From contig CBDBZY010000045.1 in NCBI GenBank assembly GCA_965213685.1, positions 1-64,000 of the forward strand: a stretch of DNA of 64,000 nt, given 5' to 3'. Positions within the stretch are counted from its first letter, which is position 1. Every line of letters begins with the position of its first letter. This DNA comes from a bacterium. GTDB taxonomy: Bacteria > UBA8248. The notes under the pieces were generated by a model, which did not search any database, was not told where the DNA came from, and saw only the letters and a program-made list of their open reading frames with translations. A program made the position numbers and the translations under genes. Shown piece by piece: positions 30,855 to 39,827 of the stretch.

Positions 30855-33410
30855 CTAGTCCCAGGAGCATAGGTGCGGGCTGAAGGGGTGGATGAGGTAT
30901 GGGTGATGCGGCACCGCGCGAACCGACAGGCCATGCGCGCCTGTTTTGCGGCACTCGACCTCGCCATGAAAGCGGTAGGCGCCGTTCCCCAGATTCTCCG
31001 CGAGCCTCATGGGGGAGGCGACTCCGTTGGTCAACTGCTTCTCCTCCTTCATGGCACTCTCGTATATCTCGAGACGCACCTCCTCGGGCGAGAGCCTCCC
31101 GAGAGAGACCTCTGCCTCGACCCGTATTTTGGAGCCCAGCGGAACGACGCTGTTTTGCGGGGTCGAGATGTGGGTGATCTGTATCCGGATGCCGGTCCAC
31201 GCGCCGCGCGTCCGCTCCTTCCATTCGGAGAGGGCCTTCGCGGGCGTTCTCTCGTCCGCCATGAGGCGCGCGTGATGCGCTCCCAGGGGCATATAAAATT
31301 TTTCGGCGTATTCGCGCACCATGCGGGTCGTGTTGAAGTATGGGCAGAGCGATTCCAAGGAACGCTTGACCATCTCCATCCAGCGGCGGGGAACGCCCGC
31401 CTCGTCGCGCTCATAGAAGAGGGGAACCACGGTCTGCTCGAGAATGTTGAACAGGCTCTCGCACTCTATCTCGTCCTGGTAGTCGAGGTCGCCCTCCGCC
31501 TCCACGCTGCCGATGGCCCACCCGAGATGGTCGGCGTACCCCTCCGCCCACCAGCCGTCCAGTATGCTGAGGTTCAGGGCGCCGTTGGCGGCGGCCTTCA
31601 TGCCGCTGGTTCCGCTCGCCTCCTGCGGGCGGCGGGGGTTGTTGAGCCATAAATCCACTCCTTGCACGAGTTGCCGCGCAACGTGGATGTCGTAGTCCTC
31701 TATGAATACGAGCTTGTCCCGCACGTTTTCCCTTCGGGCGAAATGGATGATCTCGCGGATAAAATTCTTGCCCTCCATGTCCCGGGGATGCGCCTTGCCG
31801 GCGAATATGATTTGGACGGGTTTTTCCTTGTTCGTGAGGAGCGCAACGAGTCGTTCGGGTTTTTTGAGCAAGAGGATGGCGCGCTTGTAGGTGGCGAAGC
31901 GCCGCGCGAATCCGATCGTCAGCGCCTGGGGGTTGGGGAGCATGGTCGCGTTGGAGCGGCTGACGCTCCCCGGTGGGCGCCTGGAGGCGTGCTTGCGGCA
32001 AAATTCGATGAGGCGCTCGCGGTTTTTCTCCTTCACCCTCCAGATATCCTCCGCCGGGATGGAGGCGGCCCCCTCCCATATCTCGGGATTGTCCGTCTCG
32101 TCCATCCAGCCGCCCCCCAGGTGGCGGGCGAACACTCCCTTCATCTCCGTGGACACCCATGTGGGGAAATGCACCCCGTTCGTGATGGAGTCGATGGGAA
32201 TATCCCAGCTGGGGACTTCCGGCCACATGGATTGCCACATCTTCCGAGAGACCTCCCCATGCAGCTTGCTGACGCCGTTTGCCGCCGAGGAGAGGCGAAG
32301 CGCGAGGATGGCCATGTTGAAGGGCTCGCTCTCCTGCTTCGGGTGTACCCGGCCCAGGCCCATGAACTCGTCCCAGCCCATCGAGAGGGATTCCGCGTAG
32401 GAGCGAAAATATTTTTCCATCATGGCGGGCGGGAAGATGTCGATGCCCGCCGGAACGGGCGTGTGCGTCGTGAAGATGTTGCCGGCGGAGGTCAGCTCCC
32501 GGGCGGTGCCGGCGTCGATGCCGAATTTCCGCATCGAGAACCGGATTCTCTCGATCGCCAGGAAGGCGGAGTGCCCCTCGTTCATGTGGCACACGACGGG
32601 CGGGAGATTCAGCTTGTGGAGGAGCCGGACGCCGCCGATGCCGAGCAATATCTCCTGGCGAATCCGCGTCTCCATGTCCCCGCCGTAAAGTGCCAGGGTA
32701 ATTTCGCGCAGCGAGGGCGCGTTTTCCGGAATGTTGGCGTCCAGGAGGTAGATGGAGTTCCGCCCCACCTGGACGCGCCATATTTGCGCGGTGAGGAGGC
32801 CGTCGGGGTAGTCGATTTCCACCGTGGTGGGCGCGCCGCTCTCGTCGCACTCCAGGTGGATGGGCATGTGGTGAAACTCGTTGTCCGGGTAATGCTCTTG
32901 CTGCCAGCCGTCGGGGCCGATGTGCTGTCGAAAATATCCCTGGCTGTACAAGAGGCCGACGCCGATGAGGGGAAGCCCCAGGTCGCTTGCGGACTTCATG
33001 TGGTCGCCGGCGAGAATGCCCAAGCCGCCCGAGTAGTTGGGGAGGGATTCCGTCAGCCCGAACTCCATGCTGAAATACGCGATGCGGAGAGCGGCGTCTT
33101 TCTCGCCCTCGGGCAGGTTCTGGTACCAGGTGGGTTTTTCGCAATACGCGCGCAGCTCCTGCCGGACGCCCTTCATCTCGCTGAGGAAGCGCGGGTCGCC
33201 CGCCGCCTCGTTCAGCCGCTCCTGGGAGACGGAGCGCAGCATCTTCACGGGATTTTGATGGCACTCCTCCCATTCCGTTTTGTCGAGCCGACGGAACAGC
33301 GCGCGCGCCCGATGGTTCCAGTCGAAGGCGACGTTGTGGGCGATTTCTTCGATCTCCCCCAGCGCGGGGGGAATGCTGGGCACTACCTGAAACGAGAGCA
33401 CATGGGTCAT
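30855..33410 (-). CDS. glgP: Alpha-glucan (glycogen) phosphorylase
   Basis: AYFSMEFG, YSGGLG, NEGHS, GFARRFATYKR, EASGTSGMK; alternative start 33470. Confidence 0.95.
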   Translation of the reverse strand: MTHVLSFQVVPSIPPALGEIEEIAHNVAFDWNHRARALFRRLDKTEWEECHQNPVKMLRSVSQERLNEAAGDPRFLSEMKGVRQELRAYCEKPTWYQNLPEGEKDAALRIAYFSMEFGLTESLPNYSGGLGILAGDHMKSASDLGLPLIGVGLLYSQGYFRQHIGPDGWQQEHYPDNEFHHMPIHLECDESGAPTTVEIDYPDGLLTAQIWRVQVGRNSIYLLDANIPENAPSLREITLALYGGDMETRIRQEILLGIGGVRLLHKLNLPPVVCHMNEGHSAFLAIERIRFSMRKFGIDAGTARELTSAGNIFTTHTPVPAGIDIFPPAMMEKYFRSYAESLSMGWDEFMGLGRVHPKQESEPFNMAILALRLSSAANGVSKLHGEVSRKMWQSMWPEVPSWDIPIDSITNGVHFPTWVSTEMKGVFARHLGGGWMDETDNPEIWEGAASIPAEDIWRVKEKNRERLIEFCRKHASRRPPGSVSRSNATMLPNPQALTIGFARRFATYKRAILLLKKPERLVALLTNKEKPVQIIFAGKAHPRDMEGKNFIREIIHFARRENVRDKLVFIEDYDIHVARQLVQGVDLWLNNPRRPQEASGTSGMKAAANGALNLSILDGWWAEGYADHLGWAIGSVEAEGDLDYQDEIECESLFNILEQTVVPLFYERDEAGVPRRWMEMVKRSLESLCPYFNTTRMVREYAEKFYMPLGAHHARLMADERTPAKALSEWKERTRGAWTGIRIQITHISTPQNSVVPLGSKIRVEAEVSLGRLSPEEVRLEIYESAMKEEKQLTNGVASPMRLAENLGNGAYRFHGEVECRKTGAHGLSVRAVPHHPYLIHPFSPHLCSWD

Positions 33411-33466
33411 GTCGTATTTCCGATAAGGGTTCGGGTTTTGCGCATGGGGCGGAGGCGCGCGCAGAA

Positions 33467-33877
33467 TCATTCCGCGAGTCCGTAGGCGCCCTTGTTCCGG
33501 AGCGCCACGTTGGGCCCTGGCGGAGCGTATAAAACCATATACTTGAACAGCGCGTCCCCCGTACTGGAGATTTGGTGCGTCTTGCCCGGAGGCACAAAAA
33601 CCGCGTCTCCCGGCGCCACGGATATTTTCTCCCCCTCGATGTCCACGATTCCCGTCCCGCTGATGATGTAGAAAGCGTGCTCCTCGGCGTCGTGCTTGTG
33701 GGGGGTGGAGGTGAGTCCCGGGTCGAATTCGTTGATGAGCAGGGCGAACCGCCTGGCGCCCACGCTTTCCTCGTCCAGCAGAATCCGGAACATGCTCCTG
33801 CCTCCGGGGACGGGCAGCTCCCCGCTCGCAGCTTCGCTCTCCCGCACGCGCAAGGGCTTGCTGGGCGTATCGCTCAT
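33467..33877 (-). CDS. Cupin-domain protein
   Basis: [29 protein letters not shown]; GAAGGAG RBS. Confidence 0.85.
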   Translation of the reverse strand: MSDTPSKPLRVRESEAASGELPVPGGRSMFRILLDEESVGARRFALLINEFDPGLTSTPHKHDAEEHAFYIISGTGIVDIEGEKISVAPGDAVFVPPGKTHQISSTGDALFKYMVLYAPPGPNVALRNKGAYGLAE

Positions 33878-33950
33878 GGACGACTCCTTCTGGCAGCGGA
33901 GCCCCGGCCGGCCATGGAAAAGCCCCGGGGCCCGCGTGGGCGGGCGTGGG

Positions 33951-34772
33951 TCATGATCGCTCCTCTTCGCGCTGGCGGTACATGTGGTGGAGGGGGCCCC
34001 GGCCGTTTCCGATGGCCAGGGAGTTCTCGATGGCGCCCTGGATGAAGCGTTTCGCGCGCCTTGCCGCCTCGATGGCCGTCTCTCCGAGGGCGAGCCCCGC
34101 CGCGATGGCCGAGGACAGCGTGCATCCCGTGCCGTGGGTGTGCGGCGTGTCGATGCGTCTGCCCTCCAGGATATACTCGTTCTTGCCGTCAAAAAAAACG
34201 TCCGCCGCCCCCTCGGTGATGTGTCCGCCTTTCAGCAAAACGCATCGCCCCCCCAGCGCGTGGAGGGCCCGGGCGGCGCCTTTCATGCCCGCAAGGTCCT
34301 GTATCTCCGCGCCCCCCAGAATATCCCGCGCCTCCTCCGTGTTCGGGGTGATGACTTCGGCCAGCGGGAAAAGCCTTTCGACGAGCGCGTCTCTGGCGTC
34401 GGGCACCAGAAGGCGGTCTCCGCTTTTGGCGACCATCACCGGATCCAGCACGACGCGCGCGATGGCGTGCGCCTTCACCCGCTCGGCGACGACCTCGATG
34501 ATGTCGGCCGTGGCCAGCATGCCGATTTTGGCGCTTGCGACCTCCAGGTCGGAACACACCGAGTCGAACTGCGCCCCCACGAAATCAGGCGGCACGCCGT
34601 GCACTCCTTGCACGCCCACGGTGTTTTGCGCCGTCAGCGCGGTGACGACCGAGGCGCCGTATACGCCAAGGGCGCCGAAAGTCTTGAGGTCGGCCTGGAT
34701 TCCCGCGCCCCCGCCGGAGTCCGACCCCGCGATTGTCAGGGCGATGGGGGGGATCGCCCGAGGCTCTCTCAT
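33951..34772 (-). CDS. thiD: Hydroxymethylpyrimidine/phosphomethylpyrimidine kinase
   Basis: [40 protein letters not shown]. Confidence 0.96.
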   Translation of the reverse strand: MREPRAIPPIALTIAGSDSGGGAGIQADLKTFGALGVYGASVVTALTAQNTVGVQGVHGVPPDFVGAQFDSVCSDLEVASAKIGMLATADIIEVVAERVKAHAIARVVLDPVMVAKSGDRLLVPDARDALVERLFPLAEVITPNTEEARDILGGAEIQDLAGMKGAARALHALGGRCVLLKGGHITEGAADVFFDGKNEYILEGRRIDTPHTHGTGCTLSSAIAAGLALGETAIEAARRAKRFIQGAIENSLAIGNGRGPLHHMYRQREEERS

Positions 34773-34904
34773 GTCCAGCCCTCATATCCTCGCCGCATTA
34801 TAGTAAAATGACGCCGCATGAGAATGTAGCACACGGAGGGTATATCGGGAGTGCGCCAGAAGCGCATCGAGAAGCGGGGAGATGGCGAACCCCGTCATGC
34901 GGGA

Positions 34905-34937
34905 ATTCTTGACAATTTTATTTGGGAATTATAGTCT
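34905..34937 (+). promoter_or_regulatory. Sigma70 promoter of cysK operon overlapped by an IscR/Rrf2-type operator
   Basis: TTGACA (34909)-17 nt-TAGTCT (34932); imperfect 25-bp palindrome ATTCTTGACAATTTTATTTGGGAAT. Confidence 0.7.
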
Positions 34938-34996
34938 CCCGTTGGCCGGGTGGGAGCGAGGAAGAAGGGATTCGGAGGAACGGGAAGGGTATTCTC

Positions 34997-35956
34997 ATGG
35001 CATTGGGCGCCCGAGGCCGTCCGCCCCAGATTTTGAGGGCGCTGCCCTCGCTGATTGATCGCATCGGGGGGACGAGCCTGGTTCAGCTGCAGCGCCTGCC
35101 CCGCTCCTCCGGCGCGCGCGTGTTCGCCAAGCTGGAGCAATACAACCCCGGCGGAAGCGTCAAGGATCGCATCGCGCTCAGCATGGTGCTGGACGCCGAG
35201 CGGCGTGGACTCCTCCAGCCCGGGGGCACTATCGTCGAGCCTACGAGCGGCAACACGGGCATCGGCTTGGCGCTCATCGGCGCCATTCGCGGCTATCGAA
35301 CGATCATCGTGCTGAGCAGGAGCATGAGCCACGAGCGGCACTCCCTGCTCAAGGGCTACGGGGCGGAGGTGGTCTTCAGCTCCTGCGAGGGCGGCATGTA
35401 CGGCTCGGTGCTGAAGGCGGAGTCCCTTCTGGCGGACAATCCGGATTACTTCATGCCCCAGCAGTTCAACAACCCGGCCAATCCGGAGATTCACCGCAGG
35501 ACGACGGCGCGGGAGATTTTGCGGGACATGGGGGCGGAATCGATAGACGCCTTCGTGGCGGGCGTGGGGACGGGAGGCACCATCACCGGCGTGGGGGAGG
35601 TTTTGAAGCAAAGAAGGCCCGAAACCCGCATCGTCGGGGTGGAGCCGGCGGCTTCTCCCGTCCTCTCCGGCGGGGAGCCGGGCCCGCACCAGATACAGGG
35701 GATCGGCGCCGGCTTCATCCCCGAGGTTTTGAACCGCTCGATCATGGACGAGGTGGTCCAGGTAACCGATGCGGACGCCTACGACATGAGCAAGGCACTG
35801 AGCCGGGAGGAGGGCATGGCCGCGGGCATTTCGGCCGGCGCGGCCGTTTGCGCGGCCCTGCGCGTGGCCGGGCGGATGGGTCCGCAGGAGAACGTGGTGG
35901 TCGTCATCCCCGATGGATGGGAGAGGTATTATAGTCTGGAGCGGCAGTTTCATTAG
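34997..35956 (+). CDS. cysK: Cysteine synthase A
   Basis: NPGGSVKDRIA, EPTSGNTG, QQFNNPANP, GVGTGGT, HQIQGIGAG. Confidence 0.92.
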   Translation: MALGARGRPPQILRALPSLIDRIGGTSLVQLQRLPRSSGARVFAKLEQYNPGGSVKDRIALSMVLDAERRGLLQPGGTIVEPTSGNTGIGLALIGAIRGYRTIIVLSRSMSHERHSLLKGYGAEVVFSSCEGGMYGSVLKAESLLADNPDYFMPQQFNNPANPEIHRRTTAREILRDMGAESIDAFVAGVGTGGTITGVGEVLKQRRPETRIVGVEPAASPVLSGGEPGPHQIQGIGAGFIPEVLNRSIMDEVVQVTDADAYDMSKALSREEGMAAGISAGAAVCAALRVAGRMGPQENVVVVIPDGWERYYSLERQFH

Positions 35957-36022
35957 AATGAGAGACGCGAAATCGCATTTCGCCACCCCCCGAAGAGGGA
36001 TTTTCAAGATCAGGAGGCAGAG

Positions 36023-36331
36023 ATGGCGGTAACGGTTCATATCCCGACACCCTTGCAGGAGTTCACCCAGCAGCAGGACGCCGTGGAGGTCGAGGGCGAA
36101 AACGTCCGGGAAGTGCTCGCAACCCTCGACGAGCGGTTCACGGGCATTCGCCAGCGCCTCTATGACGAGGAGGGCAGGCTGCGCCGCTTTGTGAACATCT
36201 ATGTGAACCAGGAGGATATTCGCTTCCTGCAAGGCGAGGGGACGGAGTTGAGCGATGGCGACGAGCTCTCCATCGTGCCGGCCATCGCGGGGGGTGCGCA
36301 TCGCTCGCGTCCGGAATCCGCATCCCTTTGA
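36023..36331 (+). CDS. MoaD/ThiS/CysO-like ubiquitin-fold sulfur carrier with 11-aa extension after GG
   Basis: VHIPTPL, FVNIYVNQEDIR, IVPAIAGG-AHRSRPESASL. Confidence 0.9.
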   Translation: MAVTVHIPTPLQEFTQQQDAVEVEGENVREVLATLDERFTGIRQRLYDEEGRLRRFVNIYVNQEDIRFLQGEGTELSDGDELSIVPAIAGGAHRSRPESASL

Positions 36332-36352
36332 TGATGAGAGGAGCGCCTCTCC

Positions 36353-37009
36353 ATGAGTCTGGGGGAGGAGCAGATACAGCGCTACAGTCGGCACATCCTT
36401 CTGCCCGGAGTGGGAGGGATCGGGCAGGAGCGTCTGCTGGCGTCGTCCGCCCTCATCGCGTTTTCGGCGAGGGAGGAGGGCGCCGCCGTCGTGGCCCTGA
36501 CGTATCTGGCCGCGGCGGGCTTGGGCCGCATCGGGTGGTGTCCGCTGGAAGGCGCCCGCGGGGGAGGCGGACTTCGGGACGAATCGCCGTTTCTCTCGTT
36601 TCTGGGCGCCTGTGCGGAAGATGGCGTCCGAAGCCTCAATCCGGATGCGGAGCTGATTCCCTGTCGCCCGGACGAGGCGGCGGCGGAGGTTTTTGACGCC
36701 CTCGTCTGGCTGGGCGACGCATCGGGTTTCGCGGGGCGCAAGCCTGCGGCCAGGATCACCCTGCGGGGCGCCGCCGGCGATGAGGCGGGCGAGATTCTCG
36801 AGGGGAGCGGCGGCCCCTTCGGGGATTTGGCCTCCCGGAGCCGGGGCGAAGGCGCGCCGATGGCGGCGACCCAGGGCGTCCTCGGTGCGTGGCTGGCGGC
36901 CAGGTGCTTGCGGCGTCTGTTGGATGGGGAGGATACGGTGGGGTCGACTGCGCAGGCCCGTTTTGATCTTTCGCGTGGCTTCCTGGAAGCGAATGCGAAT
37001 GTTTCCTGA
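36353..37009 (+). CDS. Degenerate ThiF/MoeB-family (E1-like) protein
   Basis: RYSRHILLPGVGGIGQERL and YLAAAGLGRIG present; GxGGxG loop, SNLxRQ and CxxC motifs absent. Confidence 0.8.
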   Translation: MSLGEEQIQRYSRHILLPGVGGIGQERLLASSALIAFSAREEGAAVVALTYLAAAGLGRIGWCPLEGARGGGGLRDESPFLSFLGACAEDGVRSLNPDAELIPCRPDEAAAEVFDALVWLGDASGFAGRKPAARITLRGAAGDEAGEILEGSGGPFGDLASRSRGEGAPMAATQGVLGAWLAARCLRRLLDGEDTVGSTAQARFDLSRGFLEANANVS

Positions 37010-37044
37010 AAATGTTTCTGCGTCACAGAACGAGGGCCGGACCG

Positions 37045-37992
37045 ATGGTCGAACCAGCGGTGGAGAACCCGAGGAGCGCGTTTAGGGCCATAGAGGATTC
37101 CGCAATCATCCGGTGCATCGGCAAGACCCCCCTGTTGCGGATCCGTGCGTTCGAGAGCGAATTTCCAGAAGTGGAGGTCTATGCCAAGGCGGAGTGGTTC
37201 AATCCGGGCGGATCGGTGAAGGACAGGCCCGCACTCTATATGATGAAGGAGGGGCTGGAATCGGGAGCGTTGCGGCCGGGCAAGATTCTTCTCGATTCCA
37301 CCAGCGGGAATACGGGCATCGCCTACGCCATGATCGGAGCGGCGCTGGGGATTCCCGTCCGCCTAGTTCTTCCGGCGAACGCGAGTGAGGAGCGCAAGGC
37401 GACGTTGCGGGCCTATGGCGCCGACGTCGTGTATTCGGACCCGATGGAGGGCTCCGACGGCGCGCAGCGGCTCGCGGCGGCTATGTTCCGGGAGGAGCCG
37501 GAGAAGTATTTCCTGCCGTGCCAGTATGATAACCCGGCCAACCCGCTCGCCCATGTGGAAACCACGGCGGTGGAGATTCTGGAGCAAACCGACGGGCGCG
37601 TGGCGCATTTCGTCGCCGGCCTGGGCACGACGGGCACCCTGGTGGGCACGGGGCGCGGCTTGAAGATGCGAAAGGCGGATGTCGCGGTGCATGCGGTCAT
37701 GCCGTCCGACTCCTTTCACGGCCTCGAGGGGATGAAGCACATTCCCACGGCCATTCGCCCGGGGATTTACGACGAGGGCGTGCACGACCGGCTGATTCTG
37801 GCGGGCACCGAGGAGAGCTATCACCTCGCCGAGAGGGTCGCGCGGGAGGAGGGCGTCTTTATCGGCCACTCCGCCGGCGCCGCGCTCGTGGGCGTCCGCG
37901 AGGTGGCGAAGCGGGTAGGGGAGGGCGTCGTCGTCACCGTGTTTCCCGACGGCGGAGACCGGTATTTGAGCGAGGCGCGCCAGGGAGGCTGA
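37045..37992 (+). CDS. cysM: Cysteine synthase B / CysM-like PLP enzyme
   Basis: NPGGSVKDRPA, STSGNTG, QYDNPANP, GLGTTGT, HGLEGMKH. Confidence 0.85.
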   Translation: MVEPAVENPRSAFRAIEDSAIIRCIGKTPLLRIRAFESEFPEVEVYAKAEWFNPGGSVKDRPALYMMKEGLESGALRPGKILLDSTSGNTGIAYAMIGAALGIPVRLVLPANASEERKATLRAYGADVVYSDPMEGSDGAQRLAAAMFREEPEKYFLPCQYDNPANPLAHVETTAVEILEQTDGRVAHFVAGLGTTGTLVGTGRGLKMRKADVAVHAVMPSDSFHGLEGMKHIPTAIRPGIYDEGVHDRLILAGTEESYHLAERVAREEGVFIGHSAGAALVGVREVAKRVGEGVVVTVFPDGGDRYLSEARQGG

Positions 37993-37997
37993 ATGAT

Positions 37998-38495
37998 TTG
38001 CGATTGAACCGCGAACAGGTGGAGGCGATGTACCGGCACGCGCGCGCGGCCTATCCCGATGAGTGTTGCGGCCTCATCACCGGCCCGCCGCCTGCGGAGG
38101 ATGGGGGGCCGGACGCGCCCCTGCGCCTTTTCCCCTGCAGGAACGTCCAGGACGAGATGCGCGCGAAAGACCCGCAGGCCTATCCCCGAACGGGGCGGCG
38201 CGCCTTTTTGATCGATCCGTTCGAATTCGAGCGCATCCTCCGGGAGGCGGAGGAGGCGGGCGAGGTGATTCGCGGGATATTCCACAGCCACCCGGATGAG
38301 GACGCCTATTTCTCCCGGGAGGACAAGGATGCGGCGCTTCCCTTCGGGGACATCCCCTCGTTTCCGCATGCCGGACACATCGTCATGAGCGTGCGCGGAG
38401 GGGTGGTTTGCGGCGAGAAGGTGTTTTTTTGGGACGCGGGGCAGAAAGATTTCGTCCCGGGCGACCTGGAGGTGACGGAGGAAGCGGGCGGGTGA
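37998..38495 (+). CDS. JAB/MPN+ (Mec-like) metalloprotease
   Basis: YPDECCG and FHSHPDEDAYFSRED JAMM motif. Confidence 0.92.
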   Translation: MRLNREQVEAMYRHARAAYPDECCGLITGPPPAEDGGPDAPLRLFPCRNVQDEMRAKDPQAYPRTGRRAFLIDPFEFERILREAEEAGEVIRGIFHSHPDEDAYFSREDKDAALPFGDIPSFPHAGHIVMSVRGGVVCGEKVFFWDAGQKDFVPGDLEVTEEAGG

Positions 38496-39343
38496 GCCGC
38501 GAGAGCGACCTCGCGCGTTCGCCGGATGAGGAGCAGGCCGCGCCCGCGGGCCCGTCCGGGGGCCGCGTGTCCGATGCGCAGTCTCTCGCGCGTTCATCGG
38601 CCCTTGTCCTGGGAGTCGGCGGCATCGGCTCGCCCGCGGCGCTGGCGCTCGCGGCATCCGGCGTGGGGCGGATCGGCGTGGTCGATCATGACAGGGTGGA
38701 CCTCGGCAACCTGGCGCGTCAGATTCTCCACCGGACGGAGGACTTGGGCCGCGAGAAGGTGGATTCGGGCGCGGATTCCATCCGCAGGCTCTCCGCCCGG
38801 ACGGCGGTGGACGCCATTCCCCGCAGGCTCACGCCCGCGAACGCCGCCGAAATCATCGCCCCCTACGATGTCGTCGTGGACGGCAGCGACAACCTGCTCT
38901 CGAAGCTCGCCCTCAACGACGCCTGCGCCGCATCCGGCAAGCCCTGGGTGATGGGGGGCGTGCTGCGGTTTTTCGGGCAGGCGATGACCATTCTGCCGGG
39001 CAGGAGCGCATGTCTGCGGTGCCTGGTGGGCGAGGAGGGCGCGGGGGCGCGGGGGCTGGACTGCGGGGATGCGGGCGTCTTCGGCGCCGTGGCCGGTTTT
39101 GTGGGCATGGCGCAGGCGGCCGATGCGATCCGGGTTCTTCTGGGGCTGGAGCCGGCCTGGTCGAACAGGTTGATGACGGCTGATTTTTGGAAAAATGCCT
39201 TCGGCGGCCTGCGGGTGGCGCGGAATGCGGATTGTCCCGCCTGCGCGCTTGCGAGGCGCCGGAGCGTGGAGGCCCCGATGGTCCGGGAAGCGTCCGGGGA
39301 AGGGATGCTGCAGGGACGCCTCATGGGAGGATGCCGCCGATGA
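38492..39343 (+). CDS. ThiF/MoeB-family adenylyltransferase (E1-like), lacking N-terminal RYSR helix
   Basis: GVGGIG, DHDRVDLGNLARQ, DGSDN, CLRC, LDCGDAGV, CPAC; GTG start overlaps previous stop. Confidence 0.9.
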   Translation: MSRESDLARSPDEEQAAPAGPSGGRVSDAQSLARSSALVLGVGGIGSPAALALAASGVGRIGVVDHDRVDLGNLARQILHRTEDLGREKVDSGADSIRRLSARTAVDAIPRRLTPANAAEIIAPYDVVVDGSDNLLSKLALNDACAASGKPWVMGGVLRFFGQAMTILPGRSACLRCLVGEEGAGARGLDCGDAGVFGAVAGFVGMAQAADAIRVLLGLEPAWSNRLMTADFWKNAFGGLRVARNADCPACALARRRSVEAPMVREASGEGMLQGRLMGGCRR

Positions 39344-39798
39344 AGATATCGACCAAGGGACGATACGCCGTGCTCGCCATGATAGAGCTGGCGCGGCACT
39401 CGCAAACGCACCCGGTTCCCTTGCCCCAGATAGCCGGCAAGCTGGAAATCAGCCAGCACTACCTGGAGCAGCTGTTCGTGAAGATGCGCCGGGCCTCGCT
39501 GGTGCGCAGCACGAGGGGGCCGGGAGGCGGCTACATCCTGGCGCGGCCCCCCTCCCGAATCAACATGCGCGACGTTCTGTTCGCGGTGGAGGAAACCGTC
39601 CAGCCGGTGGATTGCGGAGAGGCGCCGCCTTCCGTTCCGTGCCCGAACATCCGGGCGTGCGGAAGCCGCATTCTGTGGAAGAGGCTCGAGGATGCGATAG
39701 ACAAGACGTTGCGGGAGACCACGCTGGAGGAGTTGAGCGCGCGCCCGGCCGGGGAGGGAGAGGGCGTCCGCCTGCCGAGTTTCCAGGTGAGCATCTAG
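39340..39798 (+). CDS. Rrf2-family regulator (IscR-like, three Cys)
   Basis: MKISTKGRYAV, YLEQLF, RGPGGGY, C-x8-C-x5-C. Confidence 0.92.
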   Translation: MKISTKGRYAVLAMIELARHSQTHPVPLPQIAGKLEISQHYLEQLFVKMRRASLVRSTRGPGGGYILARPPSRINMRDVLFAVEETVQPVDCGEAPPSVPCPNIRACGSRILWKRLEDAIDKTLRETTLEELSARPAGEGEGVRLPSFQVSI

Positions 39799-39827
39799 CG
39801 AACGGATCGTCGTCGGGGAGGAAGGAC

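Noticed and set aside
34773-34900. TPP riboswitch upstream of thiD
   Set aside because: No CUGAGA core or matching architecture visible.
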